A stretch of DNA of 63,277 bases from Lama guanicoe (taxonomy: Eukaryota): positions 3,808,744-3,872,020 of the forward strand of contig MU054212.1 in NCBI GenBank assembly GCA_013239625.1, read 5' to 3'. The first letter of the stretch is position 1. Each line of letters begins with the position of its first letter. Positions 13,668-26,121 of the stretch are shown here, piece after piece. A model generated the notes under the pieces. That model was given only the letters and a program-made list of their open reading frames with translations. It was not told the origin of the DNA and did not search any database. The position numbers were made by a program, and so were the translations under genes.

Positions 13668-16330
13668 TGGTTTTTTGTTTGTTTGTTTTCTTAATATATA
13701 TATTTTCACATGGGACATGTTGTTGATTAAGTCTTCCTCTATGTAGTTACCAAATCTCTCAAGTTAGAAGGGATCCTAACAACACTTCTAGACAGCAAAC
13801 CAGGACTGGTTCTCTACTTGGGTGATTCTGTGTGGTAGGTTCATTTGCTCAGACTGCGGCCTTGGATATTCTGGGATGGGAGCCAGGCATCAGCGTTTTA
13901 AAAATATTGCCAGTGATTCTAAGGTGTAATTAAGGAACCAATGGCCAATAACTCCGCCACTCTCCATCAAGTGTCTCTGCTCCCCTGGCTGTACTTCCTT
14001 ATTAAAGGAAACCTTGCTAGCTCTTTGACGTTCTTGTGTTTGACTTGAGGAATAGTTTTATTTAGTGCTCATCTGAGGAGCCATCCTTCTTCCACCCTGA
14101 GACCAATGAGTGACTTTGGTCTCATTGGCTCAGATTATGACTCCTCCATTTTCCAAGATCTCCATGATTTATTTATACATTGCATCTTTCTTAGAGAACT
14201 AGCGTAGTCATGTTATAATCATGATTTGACAACAGAAGAATCAACTGAACCTGCCAAAGGCAAGGTAGTATTTTGCCACATCATTTAATTATTTTATCCC
14301 ACTATTAAGAAGTCCATTATTACAATAAGTTATTTGAGAAAAATGGAAGTTATCAAGCAAATGAATGCTAAAACATAAGAACAAACTAATAACCCTATCT
14401 CTGTCCTGTCTCTCTGGGTTGTGACTTCAGGAAATTCTGCGATATCTAGATATGAGCTTTCCGTACATAATAGACACACGTTTGAGGCTTCAATCTTAAG
14501 TAGTATCTTTTTGATGATACATATGCTGTTACTTTCCCAAGGTATGAATTTAGTATTTGAAACCTAACATTCATACTTCCCTTTACAGTTTATAAAATCT
14601 CTTCACATCAATTATCTCATTCGACATTCTCCAGTTGTGCCGAGTGATTTAATAAACGGGGTGATACTGGCATTCGGTTCTTGTACGGAATGGAACCATG
14701 ATTAACAAAAAGCAATTTGATAGATTTGCTTCTATGCCCTGTACATCCAGTTATTAAGGTTTAATGTTGCATGATGACCTAATTTTTGAAAGATTCCTAT
14801 GCATGCAGTCAAAGGGTTTAAGAGGAATGGTACTATTAAGAGGGACAATACTAGAAAGTAGCTTTGGAATTAGGCAAGCCAAGCTAAAACAGATGACTCT
14901 GCTCACAGAGCTGAGTTATTAAATCTGCATATTTCATGCCCAAGTCCACAAGGAAAATCTCCAAACTAAGAAAGTTTGATCTCTTTAGGATCTATCATTT
15001 CTGGGCCATTTAATCATTTTTTAGAATTTCTGTAGTTCCAAGTGTTTTGGATACACTTGGATGCGCTTCACCTTGGCGATTAAGGAAACAGAGTTGACAG
15101 GTGTTGAAGCACTTTGGTCATTGGGACTTGGAATCATGGACTCTTTGGCTTCAATAAACTTGACTATTAGGGCCAAACACATTATATATAAAACGTATTT
15201 AATACTGCTTTTAATAATGGTAACAGAGTTTAAAATCTAGACTGCCAAAAACTCACACTGAGATTTTCTCCAACCCAAAGAGATAAAATGAAGTCTTTTA
15301 TCAAGGCAAGTGTATACATTGAAAGGTGAAAAGAATATGCATTGTAACATCTTAAAGTTCTTATGAAAGTTCCGACTGAACCTGGTTAATGATCTTTGGA
15401 AAAAAATAAGAGATGACATTGAAAGTCAAAGTGAAAAATCTTTTTTGAGGATGAAAGCACTATCTTCTTTTGTAAATTATGAAAGGACTTATGGGTATGT
15501 CTTAATGACAACAGATAACAATCGCTAACTTTTATGAGGTGCTTACTATGATCCAGATCACAGGCACTGTCCTTCCCACAGCCCTGTGATGTACCCTTAT
15601 TTTACAGACAAGGACACCAAGAGACCAAACTAATTATTGGAGGATGAGCAGCCATTGAAAGGCAGAAGCAGGATCCGAACCCAGGGAGAAACACACTGAT
15701 CTGCGCCTTCTGAGAAAGTGTCGTTTCTCCTGAAGGCTCCTGAGGTTGTTGCCGTGTTCTGGCAGGCGAAAAGTCAGCATATCAGAAAAACAAACCAGCT
15801 ACGTTGGATAAGGAAACAGAATAAAAGATTCATCTTCCTTAGTTGAGAAGAAAATGAGTTTCTGCTAGCAGACTAAATGCTCCCCCAGAGCCTGGAGATA
15901 TTACTTTGATTTCCAGACTGGTTCAGCTTACAACTAGAAAATGAAACGTTTGGAGCAGAGATGACAGGCAGGTCTCGCCTGTATGAATGAGAGACGGCGG
16001 AAGTGGATGTGAGTGGAAGGATGCGTGGGGCAGCTTTCCAGGTCCTGGGTCCGCAGGGCACAGGGCTGCCTGCCTGGGACTGGGGAAGGCACTGATGAGT
16101 AAGGATGCCAGGAATGTACCAGTCTTGGTGTAAACAGTTAGAGAAAAGGACTTAGGGAGTCTAGGGAATGATTAAATTAAAAAAAATCCCCCCTCAGCCT
16201 GAGGTCTCTGATTCCCCTTCCTCCCACGTACGTCCTCACTGACATGCTCAGTGTTTCCTAGGATGTGTGTGTTTCCTTGTAATATATATGATTTATCTTC
16301 AAAATGTAAGTTGAACTAATTTAAAATTTT

Positions 16331-16380
16331 TTTTTAATTTTTTATTGATTTGTAATCATTTTACAATGTTGTGTCAAATT
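16331..16380 (-). mobile_element. Extremely truncated (~50 bp) L1 3' end with 14-bp TSD
   Basis: Reverse complement aatttgacacaacattgtaaaatgattacaaatcaataaaaaa matches the other L1 tails in the window; TSD taatttaaaatttt at 16317-16330 and 16381-16394. Confidence 0.8.
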
Positions 16381-16795
16381 TAATTTAAAATTTTAACTGA
16401 AGTACGTAAATTAAAGACATTTGACTGTCGTTACATCCCCAAATGGCAGTCCTATGTGGCGCACCAAACGTAGAAAGGACAGTGTGCAGTCAAGACTCTT
16501 CCCTCTTTGTTCACCCAGCCCTGGGTTTCTTCACTGTCTGCCGCCGCCGAGTGATAGAGACAGTGTGCGCTCAGGAGCCAGACAGTTGGGCTTAAATCTT
16601 GGTTCTGCCACTTACTAGCTGAGTGTTTGTGGACAAGCCATGGAACTTCTGCTATGGCTTCTCCATCTAAAGAAACTGGGGCAAATAAAAGCGACCTCAC
16701 ATACCGTAAGATGTATCTCATAGACTCAAAGACATTCTGATGTTAGTGCTTTATTGTTGTCACCAAAAGGTGTCAGTGTGGAGTTTTCACACAAC

Positions 16796-17440
16796 TGTAA
16801 TCGAGCAGGACATGATGGGGCCTCCCCGGACAGACCGCTCCATGTCCTCCACCTGCCTCTTGTTTGTAGAAAAACTCTAACCTCCTAGGCCTTTCCCGAG
16901 TTCCAAAGAATAAGTTTAATCAGAGAGATGAGAAAATGTAGAAACAAAGGACAATAGTCAAGCAAGACAAAATAGTAACAGTTTAGTCATTAAACAAAGT
17001 CAAGGGCCTTCAGTTCCTCCTCAAGGGCTATAGATAATATTCTGAGTCATATCCTCTGAGCTGTTTTGCAGATACTGAAACCCTCACCAGGTGGAGAAGC
17101 CAACAGTGTGCTGCCCACAAACACGTAGACCTCAGACCGATTAGAACCAGAGGACTAGCTGATCAGAGATTTATGGATCAGATAAAGTTCCAGTCACAAG
17201 TTAGACATGGTGGCTCCTTGGAACCATGTGATCAAGACAATCATCTTTGAAAATAGAAGTTTACCCTTTTCTCTTTTCCCTATATAATCTCGGAGCCAAA
17301 CCTGGGGAGTTGGGAGTGGGTTCTCTGGGACATACGTCCATCATCTCCCCAGGACTGCCGGTTTCCTCAGTAAAGCTATCTTCCCTGTACCCAACATTGG
17401 ATTCTTGAATCATGTGCAGCCAAACTTGGGTACAGTAACA
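16796..17440 (+). mobile_element. Solo LTR, ERV1-like (645 bp), with 4-bp TSD
   Basis: TG...CA termini (tgtaa.../...gtaaca); TSD caac at 16792-16795 and 17441-17444; TATA-like tatataa at 17281; AGTAAA poly(A) variant at 17369-17374. Confidence 0.85.
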
Positions 17441-19449
17441 CAACTACAGCACTCCGCCACCAGGCTGGGACCCACTCAACAATTGTATGATGCTCGTGAT
17501 CTTAGAAGCATCACTGGAACAACTGGAAAAGTAGGGGAGAAATGATAAGTCTATTAGAAGCCAGGGAATAGGGTAATTACCGTGAGGATTAAATGAGCCA
17601 ATATGCCAAGTGGCGAGACCAGTGTCTTTGCACTTAGAAAGAACTCAATATTGTTAGACTTTATCCATGTCATTGAGTGTGTAGGCGTTTATGGGTACAT
17701 ATGAGCAACAGGTTGAGTTCAGTATGTCTAAGGGCCGTATTTTCTCTGAATACAAAAGAAATCAATTTATAATGTTCATATAGGGCCTGGGAAGTTAGGG
17801 CATTGAATCAATTTGAATTACTCTGAAGGTCACAGAGATCCTAACACAGTGATGTGAAGTCTAGAAGGTGGAAAAACCCTGAAGTAAAAGAAGTTTCTTT
17901 CAGTCTGTGGTTGTGGATGCCTTTATTGATACTTAACGATCAAGATGGAGTCAAAACAGGAAGATAAAAACAATTTCACGAAACAAGAAAAACATTATTA
18001 AAATACAGTCTCAGGCAGCCCCCCAGAGAAGCCATTTAAAATGGAAATAAACTCAATTAGAAAATATTCTCACCCAACTCAGTCATATTTCTCTTCTGAT
18101 TTGGATATTACTACACTAAATGTCTTCATTACACACAATCAAAAACCCTATTAGAAAAAAGGCAACAAATTCTAAAATTATACTATACAAATTATCCTTC
18201 CCACAAAGCAGAAACTGAAATAGAATCATAAACTATCACTGATACACATGTATGTGTTAACGTATCAGATAAAGGTAACATTCCTAAACCTGAGGTTTCT
18301 TATTCAAAGTATGTTGGTTGCAGAAAAAGACCAAGACAAAAATTACTGTAGAATCGGACTGGTATCCATTTAGTAATTAAGTTTCACCATGCATTCCTTA
18401 ACACATATATACTTTAAAGAATTATCCTTGAGTCAACACGTCTAAACTTTAAAAAACTGAATAAATAAATCCAATATGTTAAACATATATATTGATTCAG
18501 AGTAACAGAATACCTTCAAAATATTGGTCCATCATCATGTTTGATTCATAAAAATGTTTCTAGTTAAGAGAACTGCTTGTCCCAGCCCATTCCCCACCTA
18601 AGAGTAGGCACTTAAAATAACCAGTATCATAATTCTTACGTGGACTTATATTTTGTTAAAATAAGTTATAAATACTAAATATATTCACAAACTTTTAAGT
18701 GGTACCTATAGTCAACACAATCGTTTGTTGCAAGAGAAATTAAGGGAATCTGAATTCCTCTAAATCCACAGATAATCTCCCCAAATTTATTTTAGCTGCT
18801 GTAGCATTGTCTCTTTTTCCACCCACTGAACTCTTTATTAGACCAGTTAACAGAGAAAAATGGTGGTACATGAACTTTCATGACCAACCTTACAGAAACG
18901 TGAATGATTAATCAAAAAGTAATATCTATAGTATGACTGAAGTTGCTACATCAAGAAAAAGACAAATAGTTTCGTTGTTTTCTTCCTCCAAATGCCTTCT
19001 TAAAAGAGGTCACTCAACTGATCTTTTCCAAGAAGGAAGGGTTTTGTTGTTGAGCAGATGGTAGTTATCAGGCATTTTATATTTGTATTACCTCACTATT
19101 GTCTCCTATGGGTCAAAAAAGTGACAGTTCAGGGTAGTTTGGCTCTATTAGGTCTGCCAGGTTTTCCTTTGAATATGAAAGTGATAGCTTTTCTCTCCCA
19201 ATGAGGAAAAACTATTTAAATGAACAACTGTAAAGCTGCAAGGTAAAAATGAAAGGGGAAAGATGGCTTTTGCACCATCAAGGTCAATTCACATGCCCTT
19301 GGCCTGGAAATACATTGAAGAGCAGTGCAAGTTATCAGTGGGAGTGTCACCTTGTGTGCCCAGTTCACTGGTCACCTCTACAAATAAAATACATGAATGG
19401 AGGTTACTGGTTGCAAAGATGGTGAATTGCAAAATTTTATTAAGACTGA

Positions 19450-22400
19450 GGTGATGTTTTGGCCAATCCTCTTTGCCTGTTTGAAAATGGCAGTACAGTT
19501 AAACAAATTTATACGTTGTTCACAAGGATATAAAAGACAAAATTACTCAAAAATCCTTAACAATAAAGAGATGCACCAAGCTGTATCAGGCAAATGCTGA
19601 AACAAAACAAACAGAAAAAGGAAGACAGGTATGGTTACATAAAGGACAGACGAAATGGAATTTAAGGCCAAAAGCACTAAAAGTTGCCAAGCAAGATATT
19701 TCCCACTGATAAAAACTAAAATCCAAACTAGAGGACAGAACAATTTTAAGCACATATCAACATGGCCTTAAATACAGAAATCCAAAAGGCTAGTAGGAAA
19801 TGTTAATAAGTCCCTCTCAGGAACTGATAAATTAAAAATAAGTAAAACACTAGGTACCTGAAGAACAAAAGTAACAGGTTTAGAAAAATGTGTATCCTAT
19901 AACTGAGTCAATAAATATTCTGTATCAGTAAATCTAAAAGCTAATTTTTTAAACAGAACAGAAAATAGATACGTTTAGCTGAAGGAAAAAGGAAAAAAAG
20001 CAAAAGAAAAAAGAAAAGGACACATAACTTCAGATATGAAACATTTAAAAAATACTACATGGCACTTTCTATCAATAAATTTTTTAAAAGCTAGATAAAA
20101 CAGACAGTTGGTCAAAAAGAAGCATAATGCCCAAATACATCAATATCTACTTGGGAAAACTTATCCCCACAATGGCAAAATTGCAGAAGTCTAGCAAATT
20201 TTTATGGATAGATAATTCCAGTTTATATAAATTATTATAGAGCACAGAAAAAAATGTCAATCTTCCTAATTCTCTGGCCTCTTCTAATAAGAGACCAGCA
20301 TACATTTAGAACTAATAATGAGCAAGAATAGTCAAAAAACAGGAAGTACAAAAAGATCACATGTAATTTAAGAGTCCTAAGTAAAATGGCAGCAAATCAA
20401 ATTCATCAGCCCTTTAAATGAGAAACATTATCACCAAGTTAGGGTTTATTCCAAAAAACTTTGATTCAATATTAGAAAATCTAATGACATATTTCACTAT
20501 ATTCATGAATTAATGTTTTAGTATCCTTGCAGATGAAGGAAACGTACTTTAAAAAATTCATCAGGTACACTCATAAAATCTCTAAGTAAGCTGGCTATAC
20601 CATGAAACATATCTACACCTATAGTAAATGTTATAGAGAATGATAAAATATACAAAACCTTCCTACTACAGAAACAATGAAAACTTATGATTGACATTAC
20701 TACTCACTACACAGGAAATAAAGTACTGATTTTGGAGTGAGGGAAAAAATGTCTCATTAAATGCAATAATGATTATCAGAAAAATCCAAGAGAGTCACTA
20801 AAAAGTCATTAGAAATAACACAGTAAAATAAGACAGTTAGAAACAAGAAAAGGAAAGTGGATAAATTAACAATACAGCAGTAAAAGAATCATTTGAAAAA
20901 AAAATGCAGCAAAAGTAGATCCCACTGGTAACAATGAAAATTACACAACAGAGTAATAAAATAAGATGTTTAATGAAACTCTATGAAAGTGTCTATGAGA
21001 TCTGAAAAGTGAGAGAGATTATTAGATGGGATAATAAATGAAGCTATTAACTCTTCACCGCTCTGTACAATCTCCAAGAAAAGTCATTATGGAACTTGAC
21101 AAAAATTTTTCTAGAATTTATGCACAAAAGGAAGATAGAGTACAGAAAATTTTGAACCATGGGGGGAGTGGCTTGTCAGAAATGATATTTTAGTATACAG
21201 ATTTAGTAATTTGCAGGAATTAAGTAAATCATCAATAGGACAGAATAAGTGATCTAGAGATGATCACATACTTCTATGGGAACTGTGCATATGGTACAGG
21301 CGTCCTCTCACATGAGTCGGTTAACAAGTGGTGTTTGGAAAACAGACCATGTACCTAGATGTTTTTTTAAAAGTTATATTTCTATCTCACACAAAGTAAT
21401 TGCCAGGTGAATTAAAAAGCTAAATAAGGGCAAAACAAACAAACAAAACCCAGAAAACAACATAGGATAATAATTTTATAATTTGGAGTGAGAAGACCTT
21501 CTCAAAAACGTACAGTTGAAAACACAGAAAACAAAATCTTGCCAGTAACACAAAATACCATAGATAAATTTACGAGATTAGCAGAAGACCAGGAAAAATA
21601 AAATGTGTGTAACAAGTTCTTACTGATCATTTGGAAAAAGCCAAATAATTCAATCGGGAAATAAAGATAGGCAATTCAAAGAAAGACAAATGAGTAATAA
21701 ATGTAGGAAAAAAAATCACCAACCCATCTCATTAGTGATCAGGAAAGTCATAATTAGCAGGAGGTTATCTTCTGTTGTCTATCACACTGGCAAAACCTTT
21801 AAACGTGTGTAATGTCCAAGACTGCTGAGGATGAGGAGCTGTAGATTTTAAGTAGTGTTGGGGGAGTGTCAATTGGTATAGTCTTTATTAGGACAATCTG
21901 ACCGTGTCGCCCTAAAATTTAAAATGCACACCTTTTTATCATGGAAAATAACCCATCTCACAGAGGTTCTAACACGTTGTATTTCAGTTTTTTATTGGCA
22001 ATGTTGCAGAAGCAATCCAAATCATAGACACGACCTAGGAAAACATATTTCTGGATGGGGTCCATAGCCCACGTTCATAAATATAGTTTTCAAGGTTTTA
22101 TTACATCACATGGTTATAGGCATTTTTACAGTGTACTTGAAACTAGTACTGTGGCCTGCCTCAAAGGCTACCTTCCAAAGGAAAAGGAAACAGGCCTCAG
22201 CTAGCTTGTCTTACAATTTGTGGTTACTATTTTGAGCAGCATGAAATCCTTTTGCCAAAGAAGGAAGCTGCTGGCTTTCAGCTAAAAGGCACTTTGAAGT
22301 AACATTAAAACATTTATAATTTCAGCCATATTTAATTAACTCCTGTCCACAGGCTTTAATCTAACAACTCCATCTCCACGCGTCTCATTTAGAGAAATAC

Positions 22401-22800
22401 TCCCATACAAAGAGACACGGAGGAGGATGTTAACTGATTTTAGTTTTGTAAGTTTTTTAAAATTTCTTTCATGTTTGAAAATCTTTGCCAATTACAGTAG
22501 TGTTGTTTGTAGCAGTGAAAAAATTGGAAACAACCAAATACTTAGAAAATAGTTAAATTCTATGTTCATAGTAAGGTATATTATGTAGCAATTAAAAAGA
22601 ATGAGGTAAATATGCACACTAATATGGAAAAATTTCTAAGACACATTCTTAGTGACAAAGAGAAATTCTAGAAAACACATCATGAAAACAAAACAAAGTA
22701 AAATCTTTATAGAACTGTGTGTGTAAAAATGCTTTTTATGGAAAAGGCTAGAAATTACACATCAAGCAGCTAACAGAAGTTCTTCTTTATCAGAGTAGGG
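19450..22800 (+). mobile_element. Old degraded L1 (L1M-type) ORF2/3' remnant; boundaries approximate
   Basis: Strong + strand A skew; recognisable ORF2 remnant at ~20385-20480 (caccaagttagggtttattcca...ttcaatattagaaaatc, resembling HDQVGFIP...FNIRKS); no intact ORF. Confidence 0.7.
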
Positions 22801-22974
22801 GGCGTCTATCTTTTATTTCTTGGGTTTTTTTTTAATTTGAAAGTGGTTTCATTAAGAAAATACAGTCATGTATCACTCCTGCAAAAAAGGGAAGTTTTGA
22901 AAAATACTGTTTACATTTAAGGATTGTGTATGTATAAAATGCTTATTATTAATATAATGCTTACTATATACATA

Positions 22975-23422
22975 CAAGCATACCTCAGAGATACTATGGT
23001 TTCAGTTACAGACCACTTCAGTGAAGCAAATGCTGCAATAAAGCAAGTCACACAATTTTTTTTTTGGTTTCTCTGTACATATAAAAGTTATCTTTACACT
23101 GTACTGTAATCTATTAAGTATGCAATGGCATTATGTCTAAAAAAATGCACATATCTTAATGAAAACATACTTTATTGTTTAAAAAAAACCCGCTAACCAT
23201 CATCTGAGCCTTCAGTGAGTAATAATCTTTTTGCTGGTGGAGGGTTTAAAATATTTAAAGAATTACCAAAATCTAGCACAGACAAGAAGTGAGCAAATGC
23301 TATTGTAAAAGTGGCACCAATAGATTTGCTCCATACAGGGTTGCCACAAACCTTCAATTTGTTTAAAAAAAAAAATTTGTAAAGCACAGTAAAACAAAGG
23401 GCAATAAAATGAGGTCTGCTTG
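22975..23422 (-). mobile_element. Internally deleted Tigger1-derived non-autonomous DNA transposon (448 bp)
   Basis: TIRs caagcatacctc / gaggtctgcttg, TA TSD on both sides; both halves resemble the Tigger1 termini. Confidence 0.85.
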
Positions 23423-23984
23423 TATCAGAGATAGTCTGTGACTGAATCTCAACCTTAAGAAAGTAATTGGAATTGTTTGTTTACCTGAGTGCTGTGAATT
23501 TTAAATACCGTGATGTTTGAAAAGATAGTTCAGTTTTCATTTGGCTGCACAGCAGCACAGAGGCACAGTCTAAAGTTCCATTTAAAAAAAGACTATTCCA
23601 ATTAGCAAATTTAGTAAGTTTCATTATGGAAATTCCCAGAGGCAAGCTCTGGCATTTAATGATTAGAAAAGTAACAAGAAAATATTGCTTACAGAGTGAA
23701 TCAATAGAAAAGTAAATTTTACTGTCTCATGTAAAATCATCTTTAGGTTAAGCAAAAAAAAAAAGCATCGAGTTAATTAGAAGAGGTATGCTGTGTAAGT
23801 TTTTTTCAAAGTGTACAATGTAAGAATATGTGGTGTGATAATGACCAGGAGGAATACAAAAAAATGCAGGGAGAATTTTGTCAAGTTTCTTAAAATTCAT
23901 TTATGAATTCCTGGTAAGACACGTGAAGCATTTTACAAAACTGAGTAAACCAGCTTCCCTTTTTAGTCCTCTGTGACTGTATCA

Positions 23985-24197
23985 GGCTAATACTGTGCCG
24001 TATGCTTGAAATTTGTTGACAGTGTGTAGCTTAAGTGTGCTCACCACACATACACAAAAAAGGAAACTCCGTGGGGTGACAGATGCTAACTAACATGACT
24101 GGCAATCATTTCACAATGTACACATATATCAAGTCATCACATTGGACACTTGACACAATTTTTATTTCCATTACACCTCAATAAAGCCGGAAAAAAA
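23985..24197 (+). mobile_element. L1MA-type 3' end fragment
   Basis: ...caatcatttcacaatgtacacatatatcaagtcatcac...acctcaataaagccggaaaaaaa. Confidence 0.75.
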
Positions 24198-24704
24198 CCA
24201 TTTCAGCCCGTGAATGGGAGCCACACCAAAGTATACTTCAGTAGGTACATAAAACAATGGCTTCAAAGAATCACCTGGAATTCCTGGAGTCCACTGCCAT
24301 TTCCAGGGCCAGTCCTACAACTTTCACTAAGGTTTTCCTTGTACTTGGTGCTCTAGTGAAAAAGGCCCGTTAGAGTCAGTGTAACCATAAGCCTGAGCAG
24401 AAGAGAATAAAAGCATAAATGATGTTAAGAATTACACAATGTTCACTGACGTTAAGGATGGGATGCGTGTACCACCTCCAGTGCAGCATCTTCCCGCATC
24501 CTTGATGTCTTTCTTCTGTGCTGAGAAGACTGACAGTGGTTCCCTCTGATGCTCACTGGACACGGCTGCCCCGTAAGGGTTTCAACGGTGAACAGTGCAA
24601 GAACAGATACACACTCTTCTACTGTGGGTCTCAATGCAACTCCAGTACTTGGGATTTTTGCCACATTCAAAGCAGCTCAAGTAGGAAAGAAAAAGTTCAA
24701 ACCA

Positions 24705-25914
24705 GTCACCAGTTCCAAAATTAGCATTTTATTCAGAACGCTGGGGTCAGAGGTGTATCATTTATATTCTGGTACACAATACAGAGGCAAAGCTGTTGTC
24801 AGAAGTCTCTCCAGTTTAAAAGCTTTTTTTTTTTTCATTTTTTTTTAAAAACGCACACTTAGTAGTGCCACCAGTGTCAGGCCACCCCTTCCATTTCTTG
24901 CCTTTCCTTTTTTTTTTTTTGGTACAAATTATGTAAAACGTTTGTGCTAGGAACTTTTCTCCCTCCCCTAACCAAAAAGAAAATAAAAAATAAAAAAAAA
25001 TTTAAAAATTAAAAATTGAGTATTCTAACTACGGCTCAACAATTGAATCAAATGTCACTTTGTTTTGTAAATACTTTATCCATAACGAAAGATATAAACA
25101 TGCAAAAAACCTGAATCCAGAGTTCAAATAATACATACACATGTTCTGAAGTTTCTGCACTTCTCCATAGACTATGCCAATAAAACATTATGTACACATA
25201 TCATTTTTACAGTGAAGTGGAAAAAATACAGTAAATAAAAAAAGTGTACATGGATTAAGACCCAAATGTGTCTAACATTCTAGTTTATGAAAAAATTCAA
25301 TTTTGCTACAAATTGGTGATATGAAAACTCCCTTTATTTGCAACCAGCTGCGTAAGTTTTAAGATTTTAGTGAAAAAAAAAACAAAAAAACAAAACTAAA
25401 GTCTAAAACTAGAAGTAATATACATTTTCCAATCTCATGGTCTCAGCCCCCAAGATAATAAAATCGCCCCATGAGTGGTTGGTTTGTCTGTTTAATTCTG
25501 TATTTTAATAAAAGCAAAATGCAATGTAACGAAAAGCGTGTTGAAGCATATCATGGTTGAACTTACTGCTCCCACCACAAAATATTTTGTCTTGTCCTTA
25601 TCGTTTCAGAAATCAGTACCATTAAAGCCTTAAACAGAAAACTAATTCCAATCTGAAAAAGGTACAAAAAGGCACATAAAATCCCAGTGCTTCTGTACTG
25701 TAAAATTCAAGTGTAACTGAGCTCAGTGTTTCTCCAAACAGCATTGGATCACTGATATTCCCTCTGAGCCCAAACTGGTTCGCAGCCTATGCCAAAGCCT
25801 CCAGCAAGCACTGTGCTAGTAGACTACAAGGTTAAAGCCTAGCTTCTGAATGCTTTTTGGGAATATCAGTTGAAATTGTTTGTACTTGTCCAAAAACCAA
25901 GTTCGCCCTGAAGT
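24705..25914 (-). other. CDH2: CDH2 3'UTR (~1.2 kb; 3' end approximate)
   Basis: AU-rich sequence with no recognisable interspersed repeat, from the stop codon to an AATAAA. The terminal context cgttctgaataaaatgctaattttgg resembles the mammalian CDH2 mRNA end as I recall it. Confidence 0.8.
24728..24733 (-). terminator. Polyadenylation signal AATAAA (main CDH2 PAS)
   Basis: tttatt on + at 24728-24733; a U/GU-rich stretch follows on the minus strand (ggtttgaactttttctttcc). Confidence 0.8.
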
Positions 25915-26121
25915 TCAGTCATCACCTCCACCGTACATGTCAGCGAGTTTCTTGAAGCGCGGCCCCCAGTCGTTCAGGTAGTCATAGTCCTGCTCGCCGC
26001 CACTACTTGAAGAATTAAGGGAGCTCAAGGACCCGGCGGTGGAGCCGCTGCCTTCGTAGTCAAACACTAAGAGGGAGTCGTAGGGCGGAGCCGTGGGGTC
26101 ATTGTCAGCAGCTTTGAGGCC
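25915..26121 (-). CDS. CDH2: N-cadherin terminal exon, coding part (exon 16 equivalent; beta-catenin-binding region) with TGA stop
   Basis: [70 protein letters not shown] at 26122-26123; TGA at 25915-25917. Confidence 0.98.
   Translation of the reverse strand, partial: GLKAADNDPTAPPYDSLLVFDYEGSGSTAGSLSSLNSSSSGGEQDYDYLNDWGPRFKKLADMYGGGDD

Noticed and set aside
17900..18700. 3'UTR-like AT-rich stretch with a minus-strand AATAAA (~17922), suggesting an extended CDH2 3' end
   Set aside because: The hexamer is common in AT-rich DNA, and several kb of L1/Tigger separate it from the UTR; unsupported without RNA data.
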